A DNA stretch of 64,000 bases. Origin: an uncultured candidate division Zixibacteria bacterium (GTDB lineage Bacteria; Zixibacteria; MSB-5A5; UBA10806). Location: positions 39,482 to 103,481 of the forward strand of contig CAWFQL010000010.1 of NCBI GenBank assembly GCA_963817915.1, written 5' to 3'. The notes under the pieces are model-generated. The model was not told where the DNA came from and did no database searches. It worked only from the letters and a program-made list of their open reading frames with translations. This document shows positions 31,026 through 42,335 of the stretch, piece after piece; within the stretch, counting starts at the first letter, position 1, and each line of letters starts with the position of its first letter. Position numbers and translations under genes: made by a program.

Positions 31026-32300
31026 TCAGCCTTTCAATGAATTGACTCCGCCGAGATACGGCTTGAGAACTTCGGGCACTGTTACCTCGCCCGATTTTGT
31101 CTGATAATTTTCCAATATTCCAACAACCGTTCTAGGCAATGCCAGGCCTGAGCCATTCAGTGTATGAGGGAAAATAGTTTTGCCGCCTTGTTCGGGCCTA
31201 TAGCGGAGATTCATTCTTCGAGCCTGAAAATCCTCGAAATTTGAGCATGAGGAAACTTCAAGCCAGGTGTCCACTCCCGGGGCGAAGAGCTCCAGGTCAT
31301 AGCATTTGGCGGCGGCGAATGATAGATCGGCAGTGCAGAGATTTTTCACTCGATATGGGAGATCGAGAAGCTGCAATACTTTTTCAGCATTTTCCCGCAA
31401 TAATTCATGCTCCTTATACGATGTCTCCGGTTCGACTATTTTAACCATCTCTACTTTATGGAATTGATGAACACGAACGATGCCTCTTGTTTCTTTGCCA
31501 TACGAGCCGGATTCTCGTCGAAAACAAGGAGAAAAGGCCACTACTTTTTTCGGCAGTGATCCCGGAGGGAGTATTTCCCCAGCGAAGTAATTCGTCAAGG
31601 ATACTTCAGCGGTCGGAATAAGATATAGATTATCATCGGGCAAATGATACATATCCTCGGCGAGCTTTGGAATCTGGCCAGTCCCGCGCATCGCGTTTTC
31701 GCCGGCGAGATATGGAATTAGCATCTCGGTGTAGCCATGTTGATTTGTGTGAAGATCGAGCATGAAATTAATAAGAGCTCGTTCGAGGCGAGCGCCCGGT
31801 CCGGTCAGAAAATAGAAGCCTGATCCGCTGACATTCGCACCCCTCTGCAAATCAAGGGCCCCTATCATTTCGCCAATTTCCCAATGCGGTCGCGGCTTGA
31901 AATCAAATGTTCTCGGTTCGCCCCATTTGCTTACCACAATATTATCAGCATCCGAAGTGCCTACGGGTACAGTAATGTGTGGGATATTGGGAATCCATAG
32001 CAGGATATTTTCGATTTCGGCCTCGGCCTCTTTTAAGGCGGAATCCAGCGATGCAATTTCATTGCCTACCAGTCGCATTTTCTCTATAAGGCTTGTGGCA
32101 TCCTGAGCAGCTTTTTTTAGTTTGGCTATTTCGGCGGTCACAGTATTGCGCTCGGCTTTAAGCCTTTCGACTGAGGCGATGATATCGCGTCTTTTTTCGT
32201 CCAATTCAAGGAAACGGTCTATGTTGACTTTTTCACATTTATCTTTTATGGCTTTTCTGACAATATCGGGGTATTGCCTTATGAATTTGGGATCAAGCAT
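31026..32300 (-). CDS. serS: Serine--tRNA ligase
   Basis: IPNIPH, LIPTAEV, CFRRESGSYG, RVHQFHKVE, EVSSCSN, HTLNGSGLA. Confidence 0.97.
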   Translation of the reverse strand: MLDPKFIRQYPDIVRKAIKDKCEKVNIDRFLELDEKRRDIIASVERLKAERNTVTAEIAKLKKAAQDATSLIEKMRLVGNEIASLDSALKEAEAEIENILLWIPNIPHITVPVGTSDADNIVVSKWGEPRTFDFKPRPHWEIGEMIGALDLQRGANVSGSGFYFLTGPGARLERALINFMLDLHTNQHGYTEMLIPYLAGENAMRGTGQIPKLAEDMYHLPDDNLYLIPTAEVSLTNYFAGEILPPGSLPKKVVAFSPCFRRESGSYGKETRGIVRVHQFHKVEMVKIVEPETSYKEHELLRENAEKVLQLLDLPYRVKNLCTADLSFAAAKCYDLELFAPGVDTWLEVSSCSNFEDFQARRMNLRYRPEQGGKTIFPHTLNGSGLALPRTVVGILENYQTKSGEVTVPEVLKPYLGGVNSLKG

Positions 32301-34572
32301 TTTCCAGAGACCTTTCCTTTATCAATGCTATGCCGAACACAGATTTTAATAGTATCAAAAAATCGTGATAAACAGATGATTTTTCCAGATATTCTAAATC
32401 GATTAATAACTTTTGATCAGCCGATTTTCCGAAATACCCGGGGCCAATCAAACCCGGTTTTTCGATGAATTTTCTCCAATATCCGGGATATATTCTTTTT
32501 GCTGTCGCATATTCACTTTCAGTTGAAATTGAAGTGCCTACCAGGCTAAGATTGCCCCTGATTATCTCCATCAATCCGAAAGGATTAAACTTCGCAGATC
32601 GACCCTGCCCGTCAACCAAGTATTTGTAATTCATGACATTTTCATTTTTGACAATTATATTCATCTCTTTGACAATATTAAGCTTTTCCCGTCGAGCTAA
32701 CAAGAACTTAATTGCTATCCAGGGCGATATTATGACAAGGGCAGCTATCGAAATAGCGGCTTCGGTAATTCGTTTTATGAATCGGGAATATATTCTTCTC
32801 CCCCTTAGGGAAACCATGAAGATATTCTTAAAGACCGCTGGATTTTTTCGGAATCCCCTTAAATTAGCATGACATTCGCCTGCTACCAGGAAAATAGATT
32901 CCATATAATAGGTAGAATCGAATATCCCCGTCAGATTTTCCTGAAAATCCGGACATATATCCAAAGCTATTCTAGCGACACGATTTGATTTTAGAATATC
33001 ATTCAGATTTTCTACTTCTCCGAGATAAATCAAATCGCTTTGGACTCTTTTTCCTACAAAGCCGACGATATTATAGTATTTCGCCAGCATCTCGATATTA
33101 ACGGGTGCCTCACTATAGTTCGCTAATTTCACAATGACGCAGTTCATCTTTTTCGAGAACGCCGAATACTGTTTATTCATTATGATATGAAATAAATATC
33201 TCAGTAGAGAATTTATACTGAATAAAATAACAATAAAGATCAGCACTGATAACGGCGATACCAGGAATCCCTCGGCGGCATTGAAGTTCGCGAGGAGGAA
33301 TATGGCGGCTCCTACAATATAAGCCTTTAAGTATCCAATAATATATTTTCTGTATTTTGATTCCGCGGGAAGATCGTATATCCCGGTCGCCGAGAAAAAG
33401 AGAATCCAGAATATATTGATCCATATGAGCGAGATCATCATGGCGTCGGTTCTTAAATCGGTCAAAAGATATTTAAAGGAAAATTCATATTTCAGCATGT
33501 AATAAAAAATGAATGAGAAATTGACAGCCAGGATATCAAGCAGTATGGAAGCGAGTCGTTTCCACATATAAAGGATATTCTTATACAAATGCGCGCCAGT
33601 GAAGGCCAGAATGGAAGCGATCAGCACGATGGCCAGAGTTCTCAAAGGCGACTCTCCAATATAATAAGTCATTAGACCGAATACTATCAGGAGGATATTT
33701 ATTAGATATATTATGAAAACTGTCGCTCTGCGGGTTATTCCCATGAAACTAATTTTATGGGATGAATGATCCTTGCCTCCGACATATATTTTTCGTCCCT
33801 CGCTGAGACGGCTGATAGTTACAAATGATAAATCGAAAACCGGATAGGCTATCATTATCATAGGAGCAAGAGCAGCTGTGAGGGATTTTGATGTATTAAG
33901 ATGGGCTATCCCCAGACATGATAAGCTGAAACCAAAAAACAGGCTCCCCGCGTCTCCGAGGAATATATTCGCGGGGGACAAATTGTATTTCAGAAAGCCT
34001 AATGCGGCGCCCGCCAGGGCAAAACTCAAGATCGCGAAAATAGGCATTTCTTTCAGTATGAATAATATGCCAAAGCCGGAAGCAATAATCAGGGAAATGC
34101 CGGAGCAAAGACCATCCATATTATCCAGAAAATTAAGGGCATTCTGCATGCTGACTATCCAGAGCATGCCGATCATGAAAAATGCGAAAATTGACATGAT
34201 TGCTGGAGGATTTTCGACAAAGGCGAGAAAAATAAATGCCGCGATTGCCTGACCTACCAGTTTGGTCAGCGGCATCATTTCGTAGAAATCATCATAGATT
34301 CCGATTATGACTATCAGAAACGCTCCGCTAATCAGCCCTCTCGCGGTCTTGGGAATATCCATGCCGAAGATTAACGATATCACGGCGACGGTGATCAAAA
34401 AGCCGATGAATACCGACATTCCACCGCCCAGAGCAATCGGCGCGCTATGAATTTTGCGGGCCGATGGTGCGTCTACAAATTTGAATTTGATCGCAAAATA
34501 TCTGATCAATGGCGTTGTAATCACTACAACAACGAGGGAAATCAGAAATGATATGAGGTAATAGTTGATCAT
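32293..34572 (-). CDS. Fusion of MraY/WecA/TagO-type phosphoglycosyl transferase with a degenerate WcaJ-type sugar transferase
   Basis: N-half: RKIH, GIYDD, NALNFLDNMDG, IFLGDAGS, GGKDH. C-half: TM block, NIVGFV..YLG, KRITE, GNLSLVG, KPGLIG, DLEY..DFLILLKS. Confidence 0.8.
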   Translation of the reverse strand: MINYYLISFLISLVVVVITTPLIRYFAIKFKFVDAPSARKIHSAPIALGGGMSVFIGFLITVAVISLIFGMDIPKTARGLISGAFLIVIIGIYDDFYEMMPLTKLVGQAIAAFIFLAFVENPPAIMSIFAFFMIGMLWIVSMQNALNFLDNMDGLCSGISLIIASGFGILFILKEMPIFAILSFALAGAALGFLKYNLSPANIFLGDAGSLFFGFSLSCLGIAHLNTSKSLTAALAPMIMIAYPVFDLSFVTISRLSEGRKIYVGGKDHSSHKISFMGITRRATVFIIYLINILLIVFGLMTYYIGESPLRTLAIVLIASILAFTGAHLYKNILYMWKRLASILLDILAVNFSFIFYYMLKYEFSFKYLLTDLRTDAMMISLIWINIFWILFFSATGIYDLPAESKYRKYIIGYLKAYIVGAAIFLLANFNAAEGFLVSPLSVLIFIVILFSINSLLRYLFHIIMNKQYSAFSKKMNCVIVKLANYSEAPVNIEMLAKYYNIVGFVGKRVQSDLIYLGEVENLNDILKSNRVARIALDICPDFQENLTGIFDSTYYMESIFLVAGECHANLRGFRKNPAVFKNIFMVSLRGRRIYSRFIKRITEAAISIAALVIISPWIAIKFLLARREKLNIVKEMNIIVKNENVMNYKYLVDGQGRSAKFNPFGLMEIIRGNLSLVGTSISTESEYATAKRIYPGYWRKFIEKPGLIGPGYFGKSADQKLLIDLEYLEKSSVYHDFLILLKSVFGIALIKERSLENA

Positions 34573-35528
34573 CTTCGATAGAAATCTATGATTTCCTGTA
34601 TAGTTTGATCGAGGGCCACTTTAGGGGCATAACCTATAGCTTTTTCCACCTTGGAAACATCGGGAACCCGTCGCTGCATATCTTCAAATCCCCTTACAAA
34701 TGCTTCATCATAAGGAATATATTGGATTAATGATGATGACTTGCACATCTCCTTTATTTTAACTGCCAATTCTCTGATGGATATCTCTTCTTTGGTTCCG
34801 ATATTGAAAACCTGCCCGACAGCTTCGGGCTTTTGAGCAAGCTCCGCAATTGCCCAGACAACATCTTTGACATTGGTAAAGCAACGAGTTTGGCTGCCAT
34901 CTGAATAAACTGTAATCGGCCGATGCATCAATGCCTGCTTGACAAAATTCGGTACAACCATTCCGTATTGTCCTGTCTGACGCGCGCCGATTGTATTGAA
35001 TAATCTGACTATGACAACCGGCAACTTTTTCTCCTGAAAATAGGCAAGAGATAAGAATTCATCGATCGCCTTGGAACAGGCATAACTCCATCTCGATTTG
35101 GTAGTCGGTCCAAGAAGCGAATCATCCTCTTCCTTGAATGGCACCTGTTCGTTTTTGCCATAGACTTCGGAAGTCGAAGTAATGATTACCTTTCTCTTGC
35201 GACGATTGGCGAGTTTCAAGACGATTTCGGTCCCCATAATATTTGTTTCGATTGTGCTGACCGGACGATCAATGATCAATCGAACTCCGACCGCAGCCGC
35301 CAAATGAAAGACATAATCACATTGCGATATTAACTCTGCCATCAGGATTTCGTCGAGGATATTACCAGTTATAAATTCAAAATTCTTATTTCCCTTTAGA
35401 TGCGCGATATTTTCATACCTTCCGGTGGAAAGATCATCGACCGCGACTACGGAGTATTTTCTATTTAATAATTCCTCAGCAAGCCATGATCCTATGAAAC
35501 CTGCTCCCCCGGTTATCAATGCCTTCAT
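34569..35528 (-). CDS. NAD-dependent epimerase/dehydratase (UDP-GlcA decarboxylase-like)
   Basis: ITGGAGFIGS, HLAAAVG, STSEVYG, YACSK, RLFNTIG. Confidence 0.92.
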   Translation of the reverse strand: MKALITGGAGFIGSWLAEELLNRKYSVVAVDDLSTGRYENIAHLKGNKNFEFITGNILDEILMAELISQCDYVFHLAAAVGVRLIIDRPVSTIETNIMGTEIVLKLANRRKRKVIITSTSEVYGKNEQVPFKEEDDSLLGPTTKSRWSYACSKAIDEFLSLAYFQEKKLPVVIVRLFNTIGARQTGQYGMVVPNFVKQALMHRPITVYSDGSQTRCFTNVKDVVWAIAELAQKPEAVGQVFNIGTKEEISIRELAVKIKEMCKSSSLIQYIPYDEAFVRGFEDMQRRVPDVSKVEKAIGYAPKVALDQTIQEIIDFYRR

Positions 35529-36079
35529 TTATTTGCCCTTTCTTTAATAATTTCGATAGCATTATATAAATTATCAGCCAGAAAATCAGGCTCAATATTA
35601 ATAGAATTGGCCTCTTTCCCGCCGTAACCAGTTTTTACAAGAATTGTCGTCAGGCCGGCATTAATACCGGCCTTTATATCCGATGATTTATCTCCGATCA
35701 TCCAACTTTTGGTTAAGTCGATATCGTGTTCAAAGGCCGCCCGCAATATCATTTCCGTACCGGGCTTTCGACACTGGCAACCATCATCCGGGCCATGAGG
35801 ACAAAAATACCATCCAGCAATATTTATATCGTTATTTTTTAGTAGGGAATCAAGGCGATTATTAAAAACAATAACATCGCCTTCGGAAAAATATCCTCTG
35901 GCCACACCGGATTGATTGGAGACAATTATAAGTTTAAAAATATTGTCGATATTCCGCAGTGCCTTTACCGAATCAGGCAGGAATTCGATAGATTGCGGAT
36001 CGGCCTGAAAATTCTTTTCGATGATAATAACTCCATCTCTATCGAGAAAAATCGCTGGGGCTTTAATTGGATTACTCAT
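35525..36079 (-). CDS. gmhB: HAD-IIIA phosphatase (GmhB-like)
   Basis: FLDRDGVI, VSNQSG, CPH..CQCRKPG, MIGDKSSD. Confidence 0.88.
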   Translation of the reverse strand: MSNPIKAPAIFLDRDGVIIIEKNFQADPQSIEFLPDSVKALRNIDNIFKLIIVSNQSGVARGYFSEGDVIVFNNRLDSLLKNNDINIAGWYFCPHGPDDGCQCRKPGTEMILRAAFEHDIDLTKSWMIGDKSSDIKAGINAGLTTILVKTGYGGKEANSINIEPDFLADNLYNAIEIIKERANK

Positions 36080-36090
36080 TAATTCTGATT

Positions 36091-36924
36091 CTAATAAGGA
36101 ATTTTAAAGACATTCGACACAGATGAAAATCTGAAATCGCTCAATAATTTGTGCAATTTATTTTCGGTCGAGTGCAGGCGATGATAATGGGTTAGTGAGA
36201 GTCTCTTCGGCAGCTGAATGCGCGGCTGGTCAGGATCGATTTCCCATGGGTGAACATAAAATACGCCCGGCATGCCTTCTCTATTGATCTTATGGAAAGC
36301 CCATTTGGTTACAGGATATGGCCATACTCGAAAGTAAGCGCCTCCCCCTACGGGCAGATTAGCGCCCATAAATTTGGCAGTCGCGACTGGAATTTCGCAG
36401 ATTCTTTTTCCTTTGGGAGAAGTCATATCATGTTTAAATCTTTCCGCCTTCACCACACCATAACGATAATTGAAAGTAGGATATATGCTGGAATCATACG
36501 TAAATCCATTTTTCAATAATATATCAAAAGCCCAGAAGGATTTTTCAATAATAGAAAAAATGGGAGCTCTAAAACCAATTGGAGGTTTGCCAATTATCTT
36601 CATTATTGCCTGGTTGGTACGGGATAATTCCAAATCATACTCCTCTTGAGTTAATTTGAAAACCTGCGTATGCGAGTACCCATGAGAGCCAACCTCGTGA
36701 CCGGCATCCGAAATCATCTTTATAAGCTCGGGATTATTTTCCGCCAGATAACCGAGGACAAAGAACGTGGCTTTCACATTATGCTTTTCCAGTATTTCAA
36801 GCATTTTATGGCAGTTTCGTTCGATTCGAGATTCGAAATTATGCCACGTATCGACTTTAAATATTTCCAGTCCCTGATACCAATCCTCGAAATCAACCGT
36901 AAAAGCATTCACAATATCTGACAT
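36091..36924 (-). CDS. Polysaccharide deacetylase (DUF3473, XrtA-system type)
   Basis: TVDFEDWY, ATFFVLG, HEVGSHGYSH, GFRAP, GGGAYFR, YVHPWEID. Confidence 0.88.
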   Translation of the reverse strand: MSDIVNAFTVDFEDWYQGLEIFKVDTWHNFESRIERNCHKMLEILEKHNVKATFFVLGYLAENNPELIKMISDAGHEVGSHGYSHTQVFKLTQEEYDLELSRTNQAIMKIIGKPPIGFRAPIFSIIEKSFWAFDILLKNGFTYDSSIYPTFNYRYGVVKAERFKHDMTSPKGKRICEIPVATAKFMGANLPVGGGAYFRVWPYPVTKWAFHKINREGMPGVFYVHPWEIDPDQPRIQLPKRLSLTHYHRLHSTENKLHKLLSDFRFSSVSNVFKIPY

Positions 36925-36928
36925 TCGG

Positions 36929-38150
36929 TTATCTCCTACTCGCGCTTACGCTTGTGTTAATAAGATCAGCGAATTCTCTGGCTAGTGTTGATCGGCGAAA
37001 TTTCTCGTAGACTAATCGTTTACCATTCTGTCCCATCTGTAAAGCCTTATCGCGATTATTTTTCAAATATTCGATTTTATCGACAAGGTCCCGACAATTT
37101 CCCGGTTCATAATAAATTCCGGTATTATTATCTTCGAGAATTTTCCGGGCTTCGCCATCTACTCCAAGAATTATTGGAAGACCCAAAGCCATACAATCGA
37201 AGAATTTGGATGGAATTGTGGAAAGAAATATTTCATTTTTTATAAGAGCAACAACGGCAGCATCCGCGGTTTTGAGAAAAGATAAGGATTCATTGAAAGA
37301 GACCCCGCCAGTAAACACTATGTTTTTCAGATTTAAGGAATTCGCTTGCTTTATTAGTGCTTCCTTCATTACTCCGTCGCCAACTATGAGATACTCGATG
37401 TTATCATTTTCTCGTGTGATTTCTGCCGCACATATAATATCCTCAACCGCACGACCTAATCCTAGCACACCAGCAAAACAAATTCGATAACGAGAATTCT
37501 TAGTTAAATTCGAATTTGGAATATCGTCGCTATTAAGATCCGGGATCGAAGAACCATTTGGCGCTAAAAAGATATTATTTTCATCCTTATATTTGCGTAA
37601 GTAATTTTTAAAATCCGGCGGAAGTAGTAGTTATTATTCTGGCTTTTTTATAAAACATTATCGCGGGCTTCATACCGGCCCAAGCCGTAAGTGGATTATT
37701 CAAATGTCCCATTTTGATGGCAATTTCCGGCCACAAATCCCGAATATCCGCTACTAAAAAAGATTTTTTTATGAAGGCCAAAAAGATAGCGCTCGGCCCA
37801 ACAAAAAGCGGCGGAGAAGATGCTATTATGACATCGGGACGAGGCAAAAATATTCCGACGATAAAAGAGGATATCATAAAGCTAAAATAATTGATTAATC
37901 TGGATAATAAACCTGACCTTTTTGTAGGTAAAACAAACGTATGAAAAATGGAAATGTTTTCGAATTTAGTTTTTTGGAATAATTTGAATTTGTGCTCTTT
38001 ACTTAATATTCCCGACGGATAACATGGAAATTCGCAGATAACTTTGACATCATTGCCGGAATCAGCCAAGGCTCTAGCATATGGCAGAAGTCTATTGGTT
38101 GGAGCGCCAGGCTCTGGATAAAAATATTGAGTCATCAAGAATATTTTCAT
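36929..38150 (-). CDS. GT4 glycosyltransferase (WbuB-like), one apparent indel ~37610
   Basis: TQYFYPE, NYFSF, SSPPLF, DIRDLWPE in the N part. IVGDG, IPSKFFDCMALG in the C part. Confidence 0.85.
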
Positions 38151-39222
38151 CGAGATTCCAATACATTTCGATAAAGATTTTCCATAGATTTCAAATTATC
38201 TTCCCATCTATAATTTTGTTCAGCAACATGTCTTCCGGCGGATCCCATTTCGTTTGTTAACTGTGAATTCGTGACCAAGTCTTCTTAGGGCATTAACCAA
38301 TTGATTTATGTTATTTCGCTCAATCAGGATCCCGGTGACCCCATCGACTATAACTTCTGGAACACCCCCGACGCTGATGCAACGACAGGCAAACCCGTCG
38401 CCGAGGCCTCCAGCGCCGCAACGCCGAAACTTTCACCATCGGATATGGAAGGCATGACGAAAATATCGATTGAGGCCATGAAATCTGGAATTTGCGAATG
38501 CTTTAGAAATCCCAGAATTCAACTCTGTCAGAAAGACCAGATCCTCGGCAACCTTTTACGGATACGCGCCTTCCGTATGGCCCACGACCGGCGATATGAA
38601 GCTCAATATCAAGACCTTCGGATCTTAAAATAGCAAAGCCTTGATGAGTATATCGAATTCCGTATTTGGCGTCAAGCCTTTTGCTATTCCAATTTTGACT
38701 TTGGACGAGGCTTTCGATCGATAAATCTTAAATTCTTGAAGTCGATTCCAAACGGTATTACGCTTGGATTGGAAATATCAGGATTGAGTTTTAATGCAGC
38801 CAACCGCAAGTAATCGCTGGTCGCCGTTATTCTTTGTTGGCGCCAAGTGCTTTACGAGTCAGAATATCTTAAGATAAAATTGCGATATGGGAATATAATT
38901 ATATCATCGCCCCACACCGATAATATCTTTTTCGGGGATGATCAACAAAGCTCATCAGAACACCATAGCTCGAAGCATGATGTGCATGCAATATCTCAGG
39001 ATTAATACTTTTTACTATTTTTCTGAGCTTCCAAATTTTGAATAAATAAGTTGCCTTATCCCCGCATTGAGGCTGATACCTCCGATATCATCTTCTGAGG
39101 TCCTTGCGTAAGGTTATTAGGTCAATCTATGGCCCAAGCGATCTTAAGCCCTAAACCCATCGCTTTATATGAATAGATCGTTCCTCGCCTAAAATACAGA
39201 TATGCATGGATGAATTTGTCAT
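38147..39222 (-). CDS. GT4 glycosyltransferase, heavily frameshifted
   Basis: Minus-strand fragments read HICILGEERSIHIKRW and IFVMPSISDGESFGVAALEASATGLPVVA. No intact ORF. Confidence 0.7.
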
Positions 39223-39233
39223 ATATGCGTCGC

Positions 39234-40329
39234 TCACAAAGACTTCAGCATCTTGATATAAAAATAAATCAAATATCTATCAATCGATTTAATTATTTCG
39301 ATCATGGGCTTGGCGGCCGGCCTGGTAAGATAATCCAAGTCATCGTTTTTTGACTTGGGAGATAAATCTAAATGAGTGAGATTAAAGTCATATCCGGCTA
39401 CAATAACCCATCCCAAATCAACAAGCTCAATCCATTCGGTTTCATCACGGGCCAAAACTACTTTCTTTTGGAGATAGGCTGATTCTCGTTGGACGCCTCC
39501 GGAATCGGTGATCACAAATTCCGCTTTTTTAATCAAGGAAAGCAAATCGTTATAACCGACTGGCTCAGTAAACTGGATATTCGCGCCGTGGATATTATTT
39601 TCGGTGACAGGCGACAATTTTTTCCGCGTGCGTGGATGAACCGGGAATACAACTGGAAGGGGACAAGTATTCAATGATTTTATGATGGTCCTGAGATTTT
39701 CGGAATTATCAACGGCATCGGCACGATGAATTGTGGCGAGCACAAATTGCGAGGGCAATTTCGCCAGCGACCTATTACTCTGGTTAACGTGTCCTTCGAA
39801 CATGCGCAGACAATCATATAAAATATCCCCGGTGTCATGGACATTAGATGTTTTCCCTTCGTTTTTAAGATTATTTACAGACGAAGGAGTGGGACACAAA
39901 AAGAATGACGCTAATAGAATCGGTCATGACTCTATTTATCTGCTCGGGCAAATTACGATCTTTCGATCTTACACCGGCCTCCACATGAATTACCGGTATC
40001 TTCAGCTTGGAAGCCGCGATTGATCCAGCCAGTGTCGAATTGGTGTCACCTATGACGATTGCCAAGTCAGGCTTTTCAAAATTAAAAACAGATTCAATAC
40101 CTTCAATCATTCTGCCTGTCTGACGGCCATGCGAGCCGCCGGGAGTATTCAGATGATAATCAGGATCAGGAAGATTGAGCTCCGAGAAGAAATTCTCCGA
40201 CATCATATAGTCAAAATGCTGACCGGTATGAATTAATATCGGATTGAAATACCGCGCCAATTCAAGAATTAAAGGAGCGGTTTTTATAAACTGCGGTCGA
40301 GCGCCGACTATAACCGCTACCTTTTTCAT
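39234..40329 (-). CDS. wecB: UDP-GlcNAc 2-epimerase (WecB/WbpI-like), one apparent indel ~39900
   Basis: GARPQFIK, HTGQH, GDTNSTLAG, HVEAGVRS, PEQINR, TIHR, VHPRT, TDSGGVQRE. Confidence 0.9.
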
Positions 40330-41435
40330 TTCTTTTTATAGAACTCCCTAATCGTATCACAGACATAATCGTGTTCCGGAGCGGTCATTTCCGGAAAGAC
40401 CGGCAATGAAATCGCCATTCCGGCGAGCCGTTCGGCAACCGGTAAATCACCTTTTTTGTATCCAAGGTCTTTGTAGCATTCCTGCAGATGTAATGGCAAT
40501 GGGTAATATGTATCTGAGCCGATTCCATTTTCTCGTAGATAATCACGGAGCTTGTCGCGGTTTTCCGCAATTAGGGTGTACTGATGATATATATGGTAGT
40601 TGTATTTTTGTTCAAGTGGAGTCATGATTTCGGGAATATCTTTCAGATCGTCATTATATCTGAATGCCCATTGCCGACGGGCTTCGTGCCACTTTGAGAG
40701 ATGATTAAATTTAACATTGAGTACGGCCGCCTGTATGGAATCAAGTCGGCTATTATATCCGACAATCGAATGATAATATTTTGATTGGGCTCCATGCACC
40801 CTGAGTTTCCTTATCAGCTCATTCAAGCTATCATCATTTGTTACGATAAGCCCGGCATCACCATAGGCGCCCAGATTTTTTGTCGGAAAGAATGAAAAAC
40901 ATCCCGTCGTTCCAAACTGACCCGCAGACTTATTTTTATATTTTGCGCCAATCGCCTGCGCGGCATCCTCGACTATCGGAACATTCTTTTTATCTGCGAT
41001 CGCTATGATTTCATCCATCTCGGCGATCTGGCCATAAAGATGAACAGGAATGATCGCGCGAGTTTTGGAGGTTATTGCCGCTTCGAGTCGTTTAGGATCC
41101 ATGTTGAATGTTCTGGGGTCGACATCGACAAAAACCGGTTTTGCGCCCAAACGGGTGATTACCCCCGCCGTCGCAAAAAATGAGAATGTGGTAGTGACGA
41201 CTTCAGTACCGGGACCGGCATCGAGAGCTCTCAATGAAATCAATAAAGCATCGGTTCCAGAAGCCACCCCAATTCCGTATTTTACGCCGCAATAATCAGC
41301 GATGCTTTTTTCAAGCTCGTCAAGTTCCGGTCCCATGATAAATAGCCCATGATCCAAAACTTTTTGAACGGCTTTATCGATTTCAGGCTTGATAGTTGCG
41401 TATTGTCGTTTGAGATCTATAATAGGTACTTTCAT
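40326..41435 (-). CDS. DegT/DnrJ/EryC1/StrS aminotransferase (WbpE-like)
   Basis: ASGTDAL, PVHLYGQ, EDAAQAIGA, FSFFPTKNLG, GYNSRLD. Confidence 0.93.
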   Translation of the reverse strand: MKVPIIDLKRQYATIKPEIDKAVQKVLDHGLFIMGPELDELEKSIADYCGVKYGIGVASGTDALLISLRALDAGPGTEVVTTTFSFFATAGVITRLGAKPVFVDVDPRTFNMDPKRLEAAITSKTRAIIPVHLYGQIAEMDEIIAIADKKNVPIVEDAAQAIGAKYKNKSAGQFGTTGCFSFFPTKNLGAYGDAGLIVTNDDSLNELIRKLRVHGAQSKYYHSIVGYNSRLDSIQAAVLNVKFNHLSKWHEARRQWAFRYNDDLKDIPEIMTPLEQKYNYHIYHQYTLIAENRDKLRDYLRENGIGSDTYYPLPLHLQECYKDLGYKKGDLPVAERLAGMAISLPVFPEMTAPEHDYVCDTIREFYKKK

Positions 41436-41444
41436 AAAAATCCT

Positions 41445-42200
41445 TTATTTATTTTGATTTTTCAGGAGCTGCTCCGGCGGGACAGCACGGAATTTTTTTG
41501 CGGGAACTCCCGCAAATATCTGTCCAGCTTCAGCATCGGTTGTAAGCAAAGCGCCTGCGGCAATAAGAGCGTCTTCATTAATAACCTTACCGGGCAAAAT
41601 TACCGCACCAACTCCGACGCGAGCGCCTTTTTTCAGAATCACACCTTTGAAATGCTTGAATCGTTCCTCGGTGCGGCCGACAAAATTATCGTTCGAAGTG
41701 GCAACACAAGGAGCAACAAAGACCCGATCTTCAATTTCGGAATAAGCTGTGATGTAAACGTTGGTCTCAAGTTTGCAATATGATCCGATTTTGCAGAAAT
41801 TTTCAATCGTGACACCGCGGCCGACAATCGTGAAATCTCCGATTTCGACATTCTCCCTGATAGAAGAAAGATCGGCAATCAAAATTTTATTCCCTATGCG
41901 AGCGCCCCTGTACAAAACAGTAGATGTTCCAATTATGCAATCATTGCCGATAGTCAGGGCCGGAAGTTGTTGCTCCTTGGTGGTGGCTGAATTGGCGGCT
42001 TTCATGGGAAGCTTGCCAAGAACAGAATTATCATCGATGCGAACATTGGATCCGATAATAGTATCGTCATGAATCACAACGCCGCATCCAATTTTGCAAC
42101 CTTCACCGATGACTACATGCGCTCCAATAAAGCTGTTATACCCTATTACGATATCTCCAGCGAGTTTCGCTGTCTTATTCACGTAATATTCCATCTCCAC
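41445..42200 (-). CDS. Hexapeptide-repeat N-acetyltransferase (WbpD-like)
   Basis: Left-handed beta-helix repeats, APCVATSND, AGVPA. Confidence 0.85.
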   Translation of the reverse strand: MEMEYYVNKTAKLAGDIVIGYNSFIGAHVVIGEGCKIGCGVVIHDDTIIGSNVRIDDNSVLGKLPMKAANSATTKEQQLPALTIGNDCIIGTSTVLYRGARIGNKILIADLSSIRENVEIGDFTIVGRGVTIENFCKIGSYCKLETNVYITAYSEIEDRVFVAPCVATSNDNFVGRTEERFKHFKGVILKKGARVGVGAVILPGKVINEDALIAAGALLTTDAEAGQIFAGVPAKKFRAVPPEQLLKNQNK

Positions 42201-42335
42201 CTCATTTCATCCAGGGCATTATTCCGGCCTTATTAATTTCCGAGAGTAATTGATAATAGGCGGCCGGATTTATTGCAGATATACCCCATTATTTCACGAC
42301 ATCTATTATTTTGAAGTTTAAACTATATCGAAAAA

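Noticed and set aside
38147..39222. Stop-codon recoding or a true pseudogene
   Set aside because: Stops arise from frame changes, TAG and TGA terminate other genes normally, and local error density is high. A pseudogene cannot be fully excluded.
42222..42270. Hairpin tccggcc...ggccgga between wzz and the acetyltransferase as a terminator
   Set aside because: Imperfect stem with no U-tract on the minus strand, so no function can be assigned
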